Shown: positions 40,296 to 49,977 of the stretch, piece after piece | Position numbering within the stretch: position 1 is the stretch's first letter | Layout of the letters: the number at the start of each line of letters is the position of its first letter | From: an archaeon | Lineage (GTDB): Archaea > Nanobdellota > Nanobdellia > Woesearchaeales > GW2011-AR9 | DNA length: 64,000 bases | Reading direction: 5' to 3' | Assembly (NCBI GenBank): GCA_030704845.1 | Contig: JAUYKZ010000006.1 | Coordinates: 18,046 to 82,045 of the forward strand | Position numbers and translations under genes: made by a program | Notes under the pieces: model-generated | Database searches by the model: none | Told to the model about the DNA's origin: nothing | What the model saw: the letters and a program-made list of their open reading frames with translations, nothing else

Positions 40296-41318
40296 TTAAC
40301 CATAAACTCTCTCCCACTCTTTTAAAAATAATTGAGCGATATTCTCGTCTTCAATAATCAAAATATTTTCATCATTTCTGGTATTTCCACCACCAGTTGG
40401 ATTCATTGAACCAGTGATAACAGTTTTGCCATCAATAATGAATACTTTATGATGCATATTTTGTTTATTCTGATCTTTAACAACATCAACACCTTGATAT
40501 AATAACTGCTGATACACAGAATCTTTGGTAACTTGCCTTGCTTCCATAACCCCTCGAATAGTTAGATTATCCAATTTTTTGAGCAGTAGAATGTTTGAGA
40601 TCTCTTGGCTAGTGAAAGAAAAAGTCATGAAATGAATTGATTCTTTAGCTTTAGCAAGTTCCCCTTTTATTCTTTCAGTGCAATGATCTTCCGGGCAGAA
40701 ATAATTTTGTATTTTTGTTTCACTTAACATTACACGCGAATTTTTTACCGGATCTCCTTTCTTAAAAGTTCCAGACCACATCTCTTGGAATTCGTCATCA
40801 TAATTTTGAGCGAGAATTTGCGATTCAATCAGGAGAAGATTATTATCGTTTTTTGTAGCCCCGTTTAGGGTTGGATTCATTGAACCGGTAGATATTTTTT
40901 TGCTGTCAACAATACAAAATTTATTGTGCATCAAACCCCAAGAATCTTCCTGAACAAAAGGATAATCAAATTCATCCAGATAATCATTATCAGTTACAAC
41001 TTTAACATCAATAGAAGATGATTTTTCCAAAAGAACTTGCTGGACTTTTGGAAGATTGAGTTCAAACAATGCACAATGGATAGATTCCTGAGCTGATGCT
41101 AAGAAATTAGTGAGTATAGTTTCGCAATCTTCTTGCGGACAAAAATTGGTTTCAATTGAACCGTAATCTTGAACGAAAGATTCAGTTATTGAAGAGGGGG
41201 AATCTAACTCAGTTTGTGATAATAAAGAAGTTGTTCCACTGTAAATAAATGGAATTATTAAAATTAGAAAAATTGTAATAAATAGTTTCTTAACTGTAAA
41301 TCTTCTTTTTCCAGCCAT
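40296..41318 (-). CDS. Phospholipase D superfamily protein with two HKD motifs and an N-terminal membrane anchor
   Basis: HNKFCIVD...GSMNPT and HHKVFIIDGKTVITGSMNPT. Confidence 0.75.
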   Translation of the reverse strand: MAGKRRFTVKKLFITIFLILIIPFIYSGTTSLLSQTELDSPSSITESFVQDYGSIETNFCPQEDCETILTNFLASAQESIHCALFELNLPKVQQVLLEKSSSIDVKVVTDNDYLDEFDYPFVQEDSWGLMHNKFCIVDSKKISTGSMNPTLNGATKNDNNLLLIESQILAQNYDDEFQEMWSGTFKKGDPVKNSRVMLSETKIQNYFCPEDHCTERIKGELAKAKESIHFMTFSFTSQEISNILLLKKLDNLTIRGVMEARQVTKDSVYQQLLYQGVDVVKDQNKQNMHHKVFIIDGKTVITGSMNPTGGGNTRNDENILIIEDENIAQLFLKEWERVYG

Positions 41319-41420
41319 AAGTCGCTTAGAATTAAAATTGTTTATTAAGATTTAGAGAATTGAGGATAATTGTCTACACAGAAACCTATTTAAACCACAA
41401 AAATAATTCAAAATTAAAAG

Positions 41421-42128
41421 ATGGTGAAGAAGTTTATCATAGTAACGTTAATAGTACTAACAATTATTCTTATAGGTTGCAAGCCCGGAGAAACCTCTAG
41501 CGATTCTTTAGATAACGCATCAATAATTGGAGGATCGGATGTTGAAACAACTAACGAGAATCTTCCTGAAGGCCAATGCCTCCCTCAATGGAAATGTGTT
41601 AGTTCTACCTACAAAGCTTTCCAAAGTGAAGATTGTTCTTTTGGAGAAAAAACGGAATGTAAATTAGGTTGTGAAGATGGTAAATGTCATCTCCCAGCAA
41701 CTTGTGAAAGAAAATTTGCATGTAAGAACACAAGAGATAAAGGATTGCAAGTAGAAGACTGTTCTTGGGTTGGCGTAATTCAATGTGAATGGGGATGTAG
41801 TGAAAATGCATGTAATCCTGAACCAGAACCAAGTAATGTAACGACTAGCACTGTTAATGAAACAGAGGAAGTTATTCCAAAAGCAACAGTTTATTCAGTA
41901 AAACAAGGAGAAAGTATTTCTTTAAGTGCCGGAGGAACAGAACATAACATCAGCATTTATATTATTGAAACCGGAAAAGCTCGATTAAATGTAGATCAAT
42001 ACAAAACTGAATGGTTGGAGGAAGGTGGTAACGCAACATTTAGCACAGGAATAACTATTTACATTAAAGAAATATTATTTCAACCATATGATGGTGGACA
42101 AAGATCTGTTGGATTTACAACAGAATGA
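41421..42128 (+). CDS. Cys-rich secreted lipoprotein-like protein
   Basis: Signal peptide ...ILIGCKPGETSS; about 14 Cys in CxxxxC patterns. Confidence 0.5.
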   Translation: MVKKFIIVTLIVLTIILIGCKPGETSSDSLDNASIIGGSDVETTNENLPEGQCLPQWKCVSSTYKAFQSEDCSFGEKTECKLGCEDGKCHLPATCERKFACKNTRDKGLQVEDCSWVGVIQCEWGCSENACNPEPEPSNVTTSTVNETEEVIPKATVYSVKQGESISLSAGGTEHNISIYIIETGKARLNVDQYKTEWLEEGGNATFSTGITIYIKEILFQPYDGGQRSVGFTTE

Positions 42129-42137
42129 TTTAGTTTC

Positions 42138-42482
42138 TTAGTTTAATTTTTTCCCTTTAGAATATCCAATATAACAATCCATAAATTGATTTATCAATCC
42201 ATGGGCAGAATGATCTATCCTGACTGTTAAATAAACTGTAACATCATCGATCGTTACAATTCTAAATCGATCCGAATTGTCTTTCAAAAATCTTTCAAGA
42301 GTTGAAGATTTGTTAACATCCCCTTGCAATTTCAATGCTGAGCTACCATTAATAGAAGTGTCTGTATACCATTTTCCATCCCTACCTCTCGCAACAAGAA
42401 ACACAGTATTAGATCCTATTGAAGAAATCATGCGTGAAGTGGTATATAATTCCATACTCGCAGCGGTATTTTCTAAACCCAT
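42138..42482 (-). CDS. Hypothetical protein
   Basis: ORF only. Confidence 0.3.
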   Translation of the reverse strand: MGLENTAASMELYTTSRMISSIGSNTVFLVARGRDGKWYTDTSINGSSALKLQGDVNKSSTLERFLKDNSDRFRIVTIDDVTVYLTVRIDHSAHGLINQFMDCYIGYSKGKKLN

Positions 42483-42549
42483 TATTTTCGAAAATGATTA
42501 GATGAATTAAATAAATTTAGGTTATTCTCCATATACTTACGTTAAATAG

Positions 42550-42873
42550 TTATGAATAATCTATTAACAACACTGCATAACCCCAAGCACAAATTCCCGC
42601 CGGTTCAAGTTTGTTAAATTGATTATCACAATAAAAAGAAGGCACGTAAGTTACATGAACCAAATTATTTACCCCGGCCAGGTTAGCTGCTTTTTTTAAT
42701 GCTTCTCTAGATTCATCTATTGAAACAGGATAAAGATTATATCCCTTAAGATTACCGGTTGGTGGAGTAATTATTTTAACTGGATTATCATCTTTATCTC
42801 TTATTGGAAGATAAGAATGTCTAGTTAATCTTTCTAGATCATTTAAAGAACCTTCAAATAATAAAATAGTCAT
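42550..42873 (-). CDS. Hypothetical protein
   Basis: ORF only. Confidence 0.3.
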   Translation of the reverse strand: MTILLFEGSLNDLERLTRHSYLPIRDKDDNPVKIITPPTGNLKGYNLYPVSIDESREALKKAANLAGVNNLVHVTYVPSFYCDNQFNKLEPAGICAWGYAVLLIDYS

Positions 42874-42901
42874 AAGAAAAAGTATAAAAAAAAAGAAGAA
42901 T

Positions 42902-43423
42902 TTATGCTTTTCGCAATCCCCGACTAGTCTTTGCAGAAGATGTTTTACCTTGGAATACTCTACTGTGATGTTTTTTATCCTGTAACCATTGCAAATTCTT
43001 GTCAGATTTTATAACCGGATGATGCGGATCTACAAAGATTATTTCAAACCAGTAAAACTTACCATCGTCAGCAACCCAGTATGAGTTTAGAACAGTTAAG
43101 TTAACGAATTTTTTTTGCGCTCTTTCTTCAGCAATTTGTTGGTAACTCTTATCAAGATTAAGTCTGATACCATATCTCTTAGGTCTTCTTCCACCACCAG
43201 GCTTAGTACGTGTATGTCCACCACGTGGAACTCTTTGTCTTACAACAACGATACCTTGCTTAGCTTTGTAACCGAGAGAACGTGCTTTATCAATTCTTGT
43301 CGGTCTTTCAATTTTTATAGTGGTCGGTTCTCTTCTCCACTGAATTAAGCGTTCTCGCCATAATTCTGGCATGTTTGTTTTTGGTTTTTTCCATGCTTCC
43401 CTTACTCTTTGGTATAATCCCAT
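42902..43423 (-). CDS. rpl15e: 50S ribosomal protein L15e (eL15)
   Basis: PTRIDKARSLGYKAKQGIVVVRQRVPRGG; VLNSYWVADDGKFYWFEII. Confidence 0.9.
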   Translation of the reverse strand: MGLYQRVREAWKKPKTNMPELWRERLIQWRREPTTIKIERPTRIDKARSLGYKAKQGIVVVRQRVPRGGHTRTKPGGGRRPKRYGIRLNLDKSYQQIAEERAQKKFVNLTVLNSYWVADDGKFYWFEIIFVDPHHPVIKSDKNLQWLQDKKHHSRVFQGKTSSAKTSRGLRKA

Positions 43424-43630
43424 TTTTTAGCCTCCAGTTTTAGATTCTATATTACTCATCTCAGATTCAGGTAAGCTACTACCCACATCTCTGAATGATG
43501 GAAAGAATTGACAGTTTCTTTAAAAAGGTTTCCTAAAGGATGGCTCATGTTCCAAATAGACGACAACTTTAAATAATCCAAGATTCATCAAATTAGATAT
43601 ATATAGTGATAAAAAACGAGGTGTGTCTTA

Positions 43631-44773
43631 ATGGAAATAACTCCAGCAATTAATACGAATTTTCTTCAAATAGATGAAAGCGTAAGTCTTTCTCAAATGA
43701 TTGGAAAACTGAAAGAATCAGATAAAAAATCAGGACTCATTTTTCAGAAAGGAAAGTATATGGGAATTCTTGATAAAAAAAGAATACTTCAAACAAAGTT
43801 AGATTCTACTAATGTCGGATTAAGTAAATTTATACAAAGAACCCCAATGATTAACGAACATGCAGATATTATTGAAACATCGGCTATGATGTTTAAAAGT
43901 AATATTGACCTTCTTCCAGTTGAAAGACAGAAACAAGTAATTGGAGTAATTTCCAGTCTTAACCTAGCTAAAATTGGTTCGCAATTGCCAGAAACATCGG
44001 CAATGAAAGTTAAAGATTGTACTTTAGATAAACCAACCTTAATCCAAAAAGATGATTCTATCGCTAGAGCAATAGAAATCATGTATCAAGAACACACTGA
44101 ACACATCCCAATCTTTGATAAAGGTAAATTGTATGGAATAATCAGTTCACAAGATGTTCTTAAAAAATATTTAAGTTGGCCTTCCCAAAGATCAGTATCT
44201 TCAAGATTAGGGAAAGGTGTCGGAAAAGTAACCAGAGGATCTCAAACAGACACTTCTAAATTTGCTTTATTACCGATAGAAAATTTAAGCACGAACCAGG
44301 ACTTGGTAACGATAAGTAGTAAGAGTAGTTTAAAGGATGCCGTGAGTTTAATGGTGAAGAAAAATATTTCTGCTTTAATTGTAATGGATGGAAATAAGTT
44401 GATTGGATTACTTCCGGTAAAAAATGTACTTAGAGCAATTGGTAGTTTAGAAATTCCAGAAAATTTCAACATTAAATTTGTTGGATTAAAAGAATTGGAT
44501 TGGCATTCTTACGATGTTACTGCATTGAAAAAAATTGCAGGTAATGAAGCATTTAAATTACAGAGAGCTCTCAAAAATGATTTTGATCTAGTAATTCATA
44601 TGAAAGAATATCAAAAAGATGCCAAGAAACATAAATACTCTGTTCACATGAAAGTTGAATTCCCTGGCAGGATTGTAACCGTTTCACAAGATGATTGGGA
44701 TTGGAAAACCGCGGTTAGAAAGACTTTTGCTAATGCTAAGAATAAAGTTGGCAAACAATTTAAAGGAAAATAG
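43631..44773 (+). CDS. Four CBS domains fused to a C-terminal ~100-aa domain resembling ribosome hibernation factor HPF/YfiA/RaiA (S30AE family)
   Basis: Four CBS-like repeats; C-terminal NIKFVG...FKLQRALKNDFDLVIHMKE...VHMKVEFPGRIVTVSQDDWDWKTAVRKTF aligns by eye to E. coli HPF (QLNITG...FAKLEQYFDRINQVYVVLKVE...LHVNGGEIHASAEGQDMYAAIDGLIDKL). Confidence 0.55.
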   Translation: MEITPAINTNFLQIDESVSLSQMIGKLKESDKKSGLIFQKGKYMGILDKKRILQTKLDSTNVGLSKFIQRTPMINEHADIIETSAMMFKSNIDLLPVERQKQVIGVISSLNLAKIGSQLPETSAMKVKDCTLDKPTLIQKDDSIARAIEIMYQEHTEHIPIFDKGKLYGIISSQDVLKKYLSWPSQRSVSSRLGKGVGKVTRGSQTDTSKFALLPIENLSTNQDLVTISSKSSLKDAVSLMVKKNISALIVMDGNKLIGLLPVKNVLRAIGSLEIPENFNIKFVGLKELDWHSYDVTALKKIAGNEAFKLQRALKNDFDLVIHMKEYQKDAKKHKYSVHMKVEFPGRIVTVSQDDWDWKTAVRKTFANAKNKVGKQFKGK

Positions 44774-44795
44774 AAATTAAAAAATAATTCTTTTT

Positions 44796-45152
44796 TTATT
44801 GATTTTCATTCATTTTTTTTCTTCTAAATTTCTCAGCATTTTCTTCGCTAACAAATCTATAGATTTTTCCATCAATCTCAGCTTCAACCACATCTTCAAT
44901 GTCCATTAATGGTTCACCAGTAAGAGCATCTTTTCCTAACTGACCAGCGCCACTTGCGCCTTCCATGAAACCTTCTTCCCAAGAATCAATTTCATCGTCG
45001 TCTTCCAATTTCTCGCGACCTTCCTCAGTGTAGATATCTTCATCTTCTTCACCGTGTTCCATAGAATCTTTTTTTTCTTCAGAAGTTTCTTCCTCATCAA
45101 TGCCTTGTTCTTCAGCTGCATCGTATTCCTCTTCTTTTGTCTTTGTTGTCAT
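44796..45152 (-). CDS. Highly acidic protein with a C-terminal degenerate YHS/TRASH-like motif lacking the metal-binding cysteines
   Basis: IDGKIYRFVSEENAEKFRRK vs YHS consensus YKGKTYYFCSEGCKEKF. Confidence 0.4.
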   Translation of the reverse strand: MTTKTKEEEYDAAEEQGIDEEETSEEKKDSMEHGEEDEDIYTEEGREKLEDDDEIDSWEEGFMEGASGAGQLGKDALTGEPLMDIEDVVEAEIDGKIYRFVSEENAEKFRRKKMNENQ

Positions 45153-45374
45153 ATCTTCTAGGAAGAAAAATGAGATTTAAAAGGTTTTCTAGAGTAGAGG
45201 AGCTGTATGAATCAAATAAAAACAATAAAAGGGTTTATAAACTAAACGTTCTTTTTCAGAAAAACGAGTAAAATCCTTCAGAGTATAGAAGTTTTTAATC
45301 GATCTTTGATTGATCTTGATATAAATTATCAAGAAATAGATTAAGGACAGAAACAACCAAGAGGTTAAACGAAA

Positions 45375-45596
45375 ATGAATGACAGAAATAATCGGCGGGA
45401 TAACAACCGACCACAAGGCGGAAATCAATACGGCGGCGGAGGCTTTAGAAGTTCAGGACCAAGCACAGGACCAAGAGAAATGCATAAAGCAACTTGTTCA
45501 GAATGTGGAAACGAATGTGAAGTTCCTTTCAAACCAACCGAAGGAAAACCAGTGTATTGTAGAGACTGCTTCAATAAAAGAAAACCACGATTCTAG
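45375..45596 (+). CDS. Small protein with a Gly/Arg-rich N-terminus and a C4 zinc ribbon, putatively nucleic-acid binding
   Basis: CSECGNECEVPFKPTEGKPVYCRDCF; GGAGG-like RBS (GAGGTTAAACGAAA ATG). Confidence 0.5.
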   Translation: MNDRNNRRDNNRPQGGNQYGGGGFRSSGPSTGPREMHKATCSECGNECEVPFKPTEGKPVYCRDCFNKRKPRF

Positions 45597-45743
45597 ATAA
45601 GCATCCTTAGTTTTCTATTTTCAGGTAAAATCTTTTAAGAAATTTTTTATTATTTTTTTTTCACATTTATTCTAATTTAAGTTTATAGAATTAAATTTAT
45701 AGAAATGAACAATAAATGAAATGGGTTAAATAAATTATAATTC

Positions 45744-46202
45744 TCAGATTACAATATACTCTTCTTCCTTAGAAAGATCTTGCAATCGCAATACTTCTTT
45801 AACAGTATCCAGAATTGAAGATATTTTCGGTTCAAACTCTGACAAGTTTTTAATAGAAACCCACTGATACTCAGAATATTCTTCATTTAAAATAACTTCT
45901 CCTTCAAGATGAATTGCTAAATAATGTGGAAGAATCATAGAATTTCCAGCCTTTTTTCTGAAAAGTAAATTATAACTAAATTTGGGATAAATTTTAATCT
46001 TAAAATTTTCTCCAACTTCTTCGTTCTTTTCTCTTTGTAATCCTTCAATGATATTTTCGTCAGTAGTTTCCATCTTTCCACCAATGAATGAAAATATTCC
46101 ATCATAGTCAGCTTCCCCTTTTCTTTTACATAGAAGAACTTTAGTTTGATCACTAGAAAGAACTACTATTTTCTGGCAGTATTGAAAGTTGTATTGTTCC
46201 AT
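45744..46202 (-). CDS. NUDIX hydrolase
   Basis: Nudix box GGKMETTDENIIEGLQREKNEEVGE. Confidence 0.75.
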   Translation of the reverse strand: MEQYNFQYCQKIVVLSSDQTKVLLCKRKGEADYDGIFSFIGGKMETTDENIIEGLQREKNEEVGENFKIKIYPKFSYNLLFRKKAGNSMILPHYLAIHLEGEVILNEEYSEYQWVSIKNLSEFEPKISSILDTVKEVLRLQDLSKEEEYIVI

Positions 46203-46255
46203 AGATCCGGTTTATTAAAGATTATTTTTAAGATTTATGTTAGAATATTGATATT

Positions 46256-47491
46256 TTAAACAAAATCTATTTCCATTTCAAGCTGATCAGCAGTTGGATA
46301 TTCCACAACTATTGCCGGAACTAAACCAACATTCTTTATAGCTTGAGATTTCTTCTGAACAATCTTTTTAGAAGTAAGAATTCTTAATTTGGCGGTATCA
46401 ATTACCATCATGTCATCTTCTGCTTTGGTGATTTTTTTTAAATCAGGCAGTAGTTTAGTTAATTTTGCTAAGATTTCTACCTTGTTAGCTTTAGATAATT
46501 CTTCCCGATATTGAAAACCAGGTTTTAATTCAGGGAGATAGATTGCTCCCCGATGAAAAAGACCTTCCTTATCAACGATATCAAACGGCCTTTTACTAAA
46601 TTCTCCTTCTCTCTTAATTCGATTTGCAAGTTGAGTTCTATCTTTCAATTTAGCTGTACAAAGATGTACCGAAAGAGAATATCCTTTATTCTCAGCATAT
46701 TTCATTAATTTAAAACCAGTAATTAAAGAACCTTCAATTGCGTAACTGAATTGTTCCTTAGTTTTCATTCCTCTTTCTGACAATTCAGATAAAGTATTAT
46801 CTGCTCTTTCCAACTCATTCAAATTAATGAATTTAACTTTGTCATGGATGAAATCAATTAATTGAGTTAATTCTTTTTCTTTATCTGGAACAAGCGGAAC
46901 TTCTACCCCAATATCCCAGGAATATTCTGCAGCAAGTTTAATTCTATCCCATAATTTTTCGTCATCTAAATCGAAATGGAACCTAATTTCATCTAAACCG
47001 GCATCAAATAATTTTTTAAGAATACTTGAAGTTACTAAATTTAATGAAGTATAAAGATGAATATGAAATTCAGGGCCAAAAGTGTTTTTCAAAGCGATGA
47101 TATAATCGCAAACTCGATCGACTTTCATTAAAGGATCTCCACCAGTAATACCTGCCCCTTTAGCACCCATAGCTTTAATTTCAGAAAGAATATCTTCAAT
47201 CTCTCTTACTTCTCTCTCGTTAGCAAATTGTACGTCGTGACCATATTTTTGATCTGAAACAGGGCAGAAGTAACATTTTCTTGGACACATGCCAGTTACA
47301 AAGATAACTACCTTTTCTCCTTTTACACAGTACTGGCAGCCTTTCGGCAATTCTCCTTGATTATAGGAATAAAATTCATTTACTTTAACCATAAAGCTTG
47401 AATTTAAGACTTGCTTTAAAAGATTTACTGGAGAGATGGTGATTATGAGATTTGTGAAGGTGTTATAATTGATTATATCACAAAAAGCCAC
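46256..47491 (-). CDS. Radical SAM domain protein. The true start is probably the internal Met at 47392 (MVKVNEF...).
   Basis: CPRKCYFCP CxxxCxxC motif. Confidence 0.7.
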   Translation of the reverse strand: MAFCDIINYNTFTNLIITISPVNLLKQVLNSSFMVKVNEFYSYNQGELPKGCQYCVKGEKVVIFVTGMCPRKCYFCPVSDQKYGHDVQFANEREVREIEDILSEIKAMGAKGAGITGGDPLMKVDRVCDYIIALKNTFGPEFHIHLYTSLNLVTSSILKKLFDAGLDEIRFHFDLDDEKLWDRIKLAAEYSWDIGVEVPLVPDKEKELTQLIDFIHDKVKFINLNELERADNTLSELSERGMKTKEQFSYAIEGSLITGFKLMKYAENKGYSLSVHLCTAKLKDRTQLANRIKREGEFSKRPFDIVDKEGLFHRGAIYLPELKPGFQYREELSKANKVEILAKLTKLLPDLKKITKAEDDMMVIDTAKLRILTSKKIVQKKSQAIKNVGLVPAIVVEYPTADQLEMEIDFV

Positions 47492-47515
47492 TGGTCACTT
47501 AGACAACCGCAAGCA

Positions 47516-47860
47516 ATGTTTATATATACAAACAAATCGGAAAAAGGAAGAAAAATGAAAATAAAATATACTTCAAAAAATCAAAGAATGAACGTAGAAA
47601 TAGATTCTGATTCAGTAAAAGATACGTTCAAAAAACTTGCTGAATTTCAAGAAGTTTTTGATGAGTCTAGTTGTACATTATGCAATAACGATGACCTGCA
47701 ATTTGTAGTTAGAACCGTTGATGGAAATGATTTCTATGAACTAAAATGCAAAAAATGTTCTGCTAAACGAGCTTTTGGTCAGCATAAATCTGGAGGTAGT
47801 TTATTCCCAAAGAATGGTTGGCATAAATGGAACGGCAATCAGAACGGAACAACCGGATAA
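47516..47860 (+). CDS. Small zinc-finger protein (CxxC...CxxC)
   Basis: CTLCNND ... CKKCSAKR. Confidence 0.35.
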   Translation: MFIYTNKSEKGRKMKIKYTSKNQRMNVEIDSDSVKDTFKKLAEFQEVFDESSCTLCNNDDLQFVVRTVDGNDFYELKCKKCSAKRAFGQHKSGGSLFPKNGWHKWNGNQNGTTG

Positions 47861-47863
47861 ATT

Positions 47864-49057
47864 ATGAACATTCAAAGGGTACGTTATAAGGATATCGAAC
47901 AAATTCCTCATCTTCATATCAAGAAAGATTTTAAACAAGATTTTCAGGGAACTGCGCCTGCCCCATTCATTGGACGGTTTGGTTATCCATACGTTAACGT
48001 AGGTATTCTATCCCCACAAATAATGGGTGAAACTTCACAGTACGATTCTCCGAGACATTGGAGTAACTCTAACACTTCGATAGGGCAAGTTGCTAGTTTA
48101 AGATATTCATTAGTTAATTCACGAACCCAAGCAACAGTAAAACAATTGTCTGGAAAATTCTTAGATGTGATTAAAGAAGTCGGCATGGCCAAAAGGCCCG
48201 CGGAAGTAGAAGTAGCATTGAAAACAAAACCATCTTTGAAAATGAATTCTGAAAGAGAAGTTACCCCATTTGGCCCAGGTAGTGAAATGATGAAAGCTAG
48301 AATAACAAGTAACGTAAACGTTGATTCAAGAGTTGAGAGAGTTATTTCTGATACTGATCTTAAAGCATCTTCGGCAATAATAGATTTGTATAAAAAAGGA
48401 TTTGAAGAAAGTACCTTAAACAAATTGATTTCCGTTGGTAATCTTGGAATTAAAAATAATCGAAAACTTGTTCCAACAAGATGGAGCATAACCGCTGTTG
48501 ATGATACTATTGGTAAAGAACTGATTAAAGATATCAAAGATTTTTCGGTGGGAGAATATGCTGCTTATTTTGGTGGGGAATGGGGAAATTATTATTTGTT
48601 ACTATTTTTTCCAGAAGTGTGGAGTTTTGAATTGTTTGAAACTTATCTAGCATCACCAGTTAATCCTTGGAGTAAAGGCGGACATAAATATTCTACCGAT
48701 TATGAAGCTTATGAAGGTAGAAAGAATTATGCGGAAGAAACTGCGGGAGGATATTATGCTTGCAGAATTGGAGTTCTTGAAAAAATTAAAATGTTAAAGA
48801 GACAACAGTCTTGTTTAGCTTTAAGATTTATCACGCCAGAATATAACATCCCTTTAGGCGTCTGGGTTTGCCGAGAAGCAACAAGGAAAAGTACGGAGAC
48901 TAAGCCGATATATTTCGGTGATGAGAAATTATTATTACAATATGCTAGAACATTTATCCAGAATAAATTTGGGTTTGATTTAGATTTATTATTAAAAGAA
49001 TCTAAACTTCTCAAAGAGAAAAAACAGCAAGTTAAATTGAAAACTTTTTTTACATGA
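47864..49057 (+). CDS. Conserved hypothetical protein (397 aa)
   Basis: ORF 4 nt after the previous gene; no confident motif. Confidence 0.4.
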   Translation: MNIQRVRYKDIEQIPHLHIKKDFKQDFQGTAPAPFIGRFGYPYVNVGILSPQIMGETSQYDSPRHWSNSNTSIGQVASLRYSLVNSRTQATVKQLSGKFLDVIKEVGMAKRPAEVEVALKTKPSLKMNSEREVTPFGPGSEMMKARITSNVNVDSRVERVISDTDLKASSAIIDLYKKGFEESTLNKLISVGNLGIKNNRKLVPTRWSITAVDDTIGKELIKDIKDFSVGEYAAYFGGEWGNYYLLLFFPEVWSFELFETYLASPVNPWSKGGHKYSTDYEAYEGRKNYAEETAGGYYACRIGVLEKIKMLKRQQSCLALRFITPEYNIPLGVWVCREATRKSTETKPIYFGDEKLLLQYARTFIQNKFGFDLDLLLKESKLLKEKKQQVKLKTFFT

Positions 49058-49460
49058 AAATCGGCGAGAAAACTTAGGTTTTATGAGAGAGGATAATTCT
49101 CGCTAATTTTCTGTTCCAAAAGTCCACGGACTTTTGTTACCTAACCAATAACAACTTAACTTCCCTTTCTGCAGTGATAAACAAACTTTATAAATAAAAG
49201 ATTGATTTGAATTTTCGTCAAGGAGGTGGTTTTTGATGGTAAAAGATATCGATCAAGAATTCGAAGAATTTGTCAGGAAGAACCCCCAAAAACTAACGAA
49301 AAATCAAAGAGAGATTTGCAAGATACTTGGCATATCCCTTAGTTAGTTTTGAAATCATATGCCACAATGGCGCGAGATATAATCTAATTCATTTCCTGGG
49401 GGGAATTATGAGTTTGATTCATAAAAAATTATCTTGCCGCCAACGTGGAACCTTTTTTTC

Positions 49461-49554
49461 TATACTAAAATGCGTTAGATTTCGAATATATTAACGCATT
49501 TTATATATATAAAGTGCCAAAAATAAGTTCGAAAGCTTTGGCACTTTAGTATAC
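49461..49554. repeat. Copy B of the ~95-nt hairpin-rich element, inverted relative to copy A
   Basis: Reverse complement matches 31408..31502 except for a 2-nt AT-run indel. Confidence 0.7.
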
Positions 49555-49621
49555 ATAGAAAGGCTCTCAAATAAGGAGATATAGAGAAAAATTTATAATC
49601 CCTCTTCCCTTAATCTAGATA

Positions 49622-49963
49622 ATGAGCATCTATAAAAAGACGTGGTGGCAGAAATTACATAAGAAAAGTTCTACACAAAAAGTTGATATTCTCCATGATA
49701 TTGAAGCTATCAAAGAATTTCTAGGTGATGTTAACCTTGATTCTAAAAGACTTCTAAAACAATTAGATCTAATTGAAGAGTTTGAAAAAGAAAGGAAAGT
49801 AGGAAGAAAAGAAATTAAAAAAATCGCTTCACAAACTGAAGAGAAAACCTTAACAGAATTTTCTAAGCAGTATGGTTTCTTTCAAAATGATGTAATCCTT
49901 AATGGAGTAAGAGTTAGGATGATTAAAGAACAATTTGATAAAGAAGTTTTTGATGAAGAATAA
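49622..49963 (+). CDS. Hypothetical Lys/Glu-rich protein
   Basis: TTTATAAT box 15 nt upstream of the ATG (leaderless); ORF. Confidence 0.4.
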   Translation: MSIYKKTWWQKLHKKSSTQKVDILHDIEAIKEFLGDVNLDSKRLLKQLDLIEEFEKERKVGRKEIKKIASQTEEKTLTEFSKQYGFFQNDVILNGVRVRMIKEQFDKEVFDEE

Positions 49964-49977
49964 ATTAAAAATTAATG

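Noticed and set aside
45379-45600. Second 73-aa ORF overlapping the zinc-ribbon gene in another frame, and minus-strand ORF 45189..45428
   Set aside because: Alternative-frame artefacts; only the 45375 frame encodes the CxxC...CxxC ribbon and has an RBS.
47392-47491. 33-aa N-terminal extension of the radical SAM ORF (MAFCDIINYNTFTNLIITISPVNLL...)
   Set aside because: Low-complexity, non-conserved-looking read-through of the upstream intergenic region; the internal Met at 47392 is the more plausible start.
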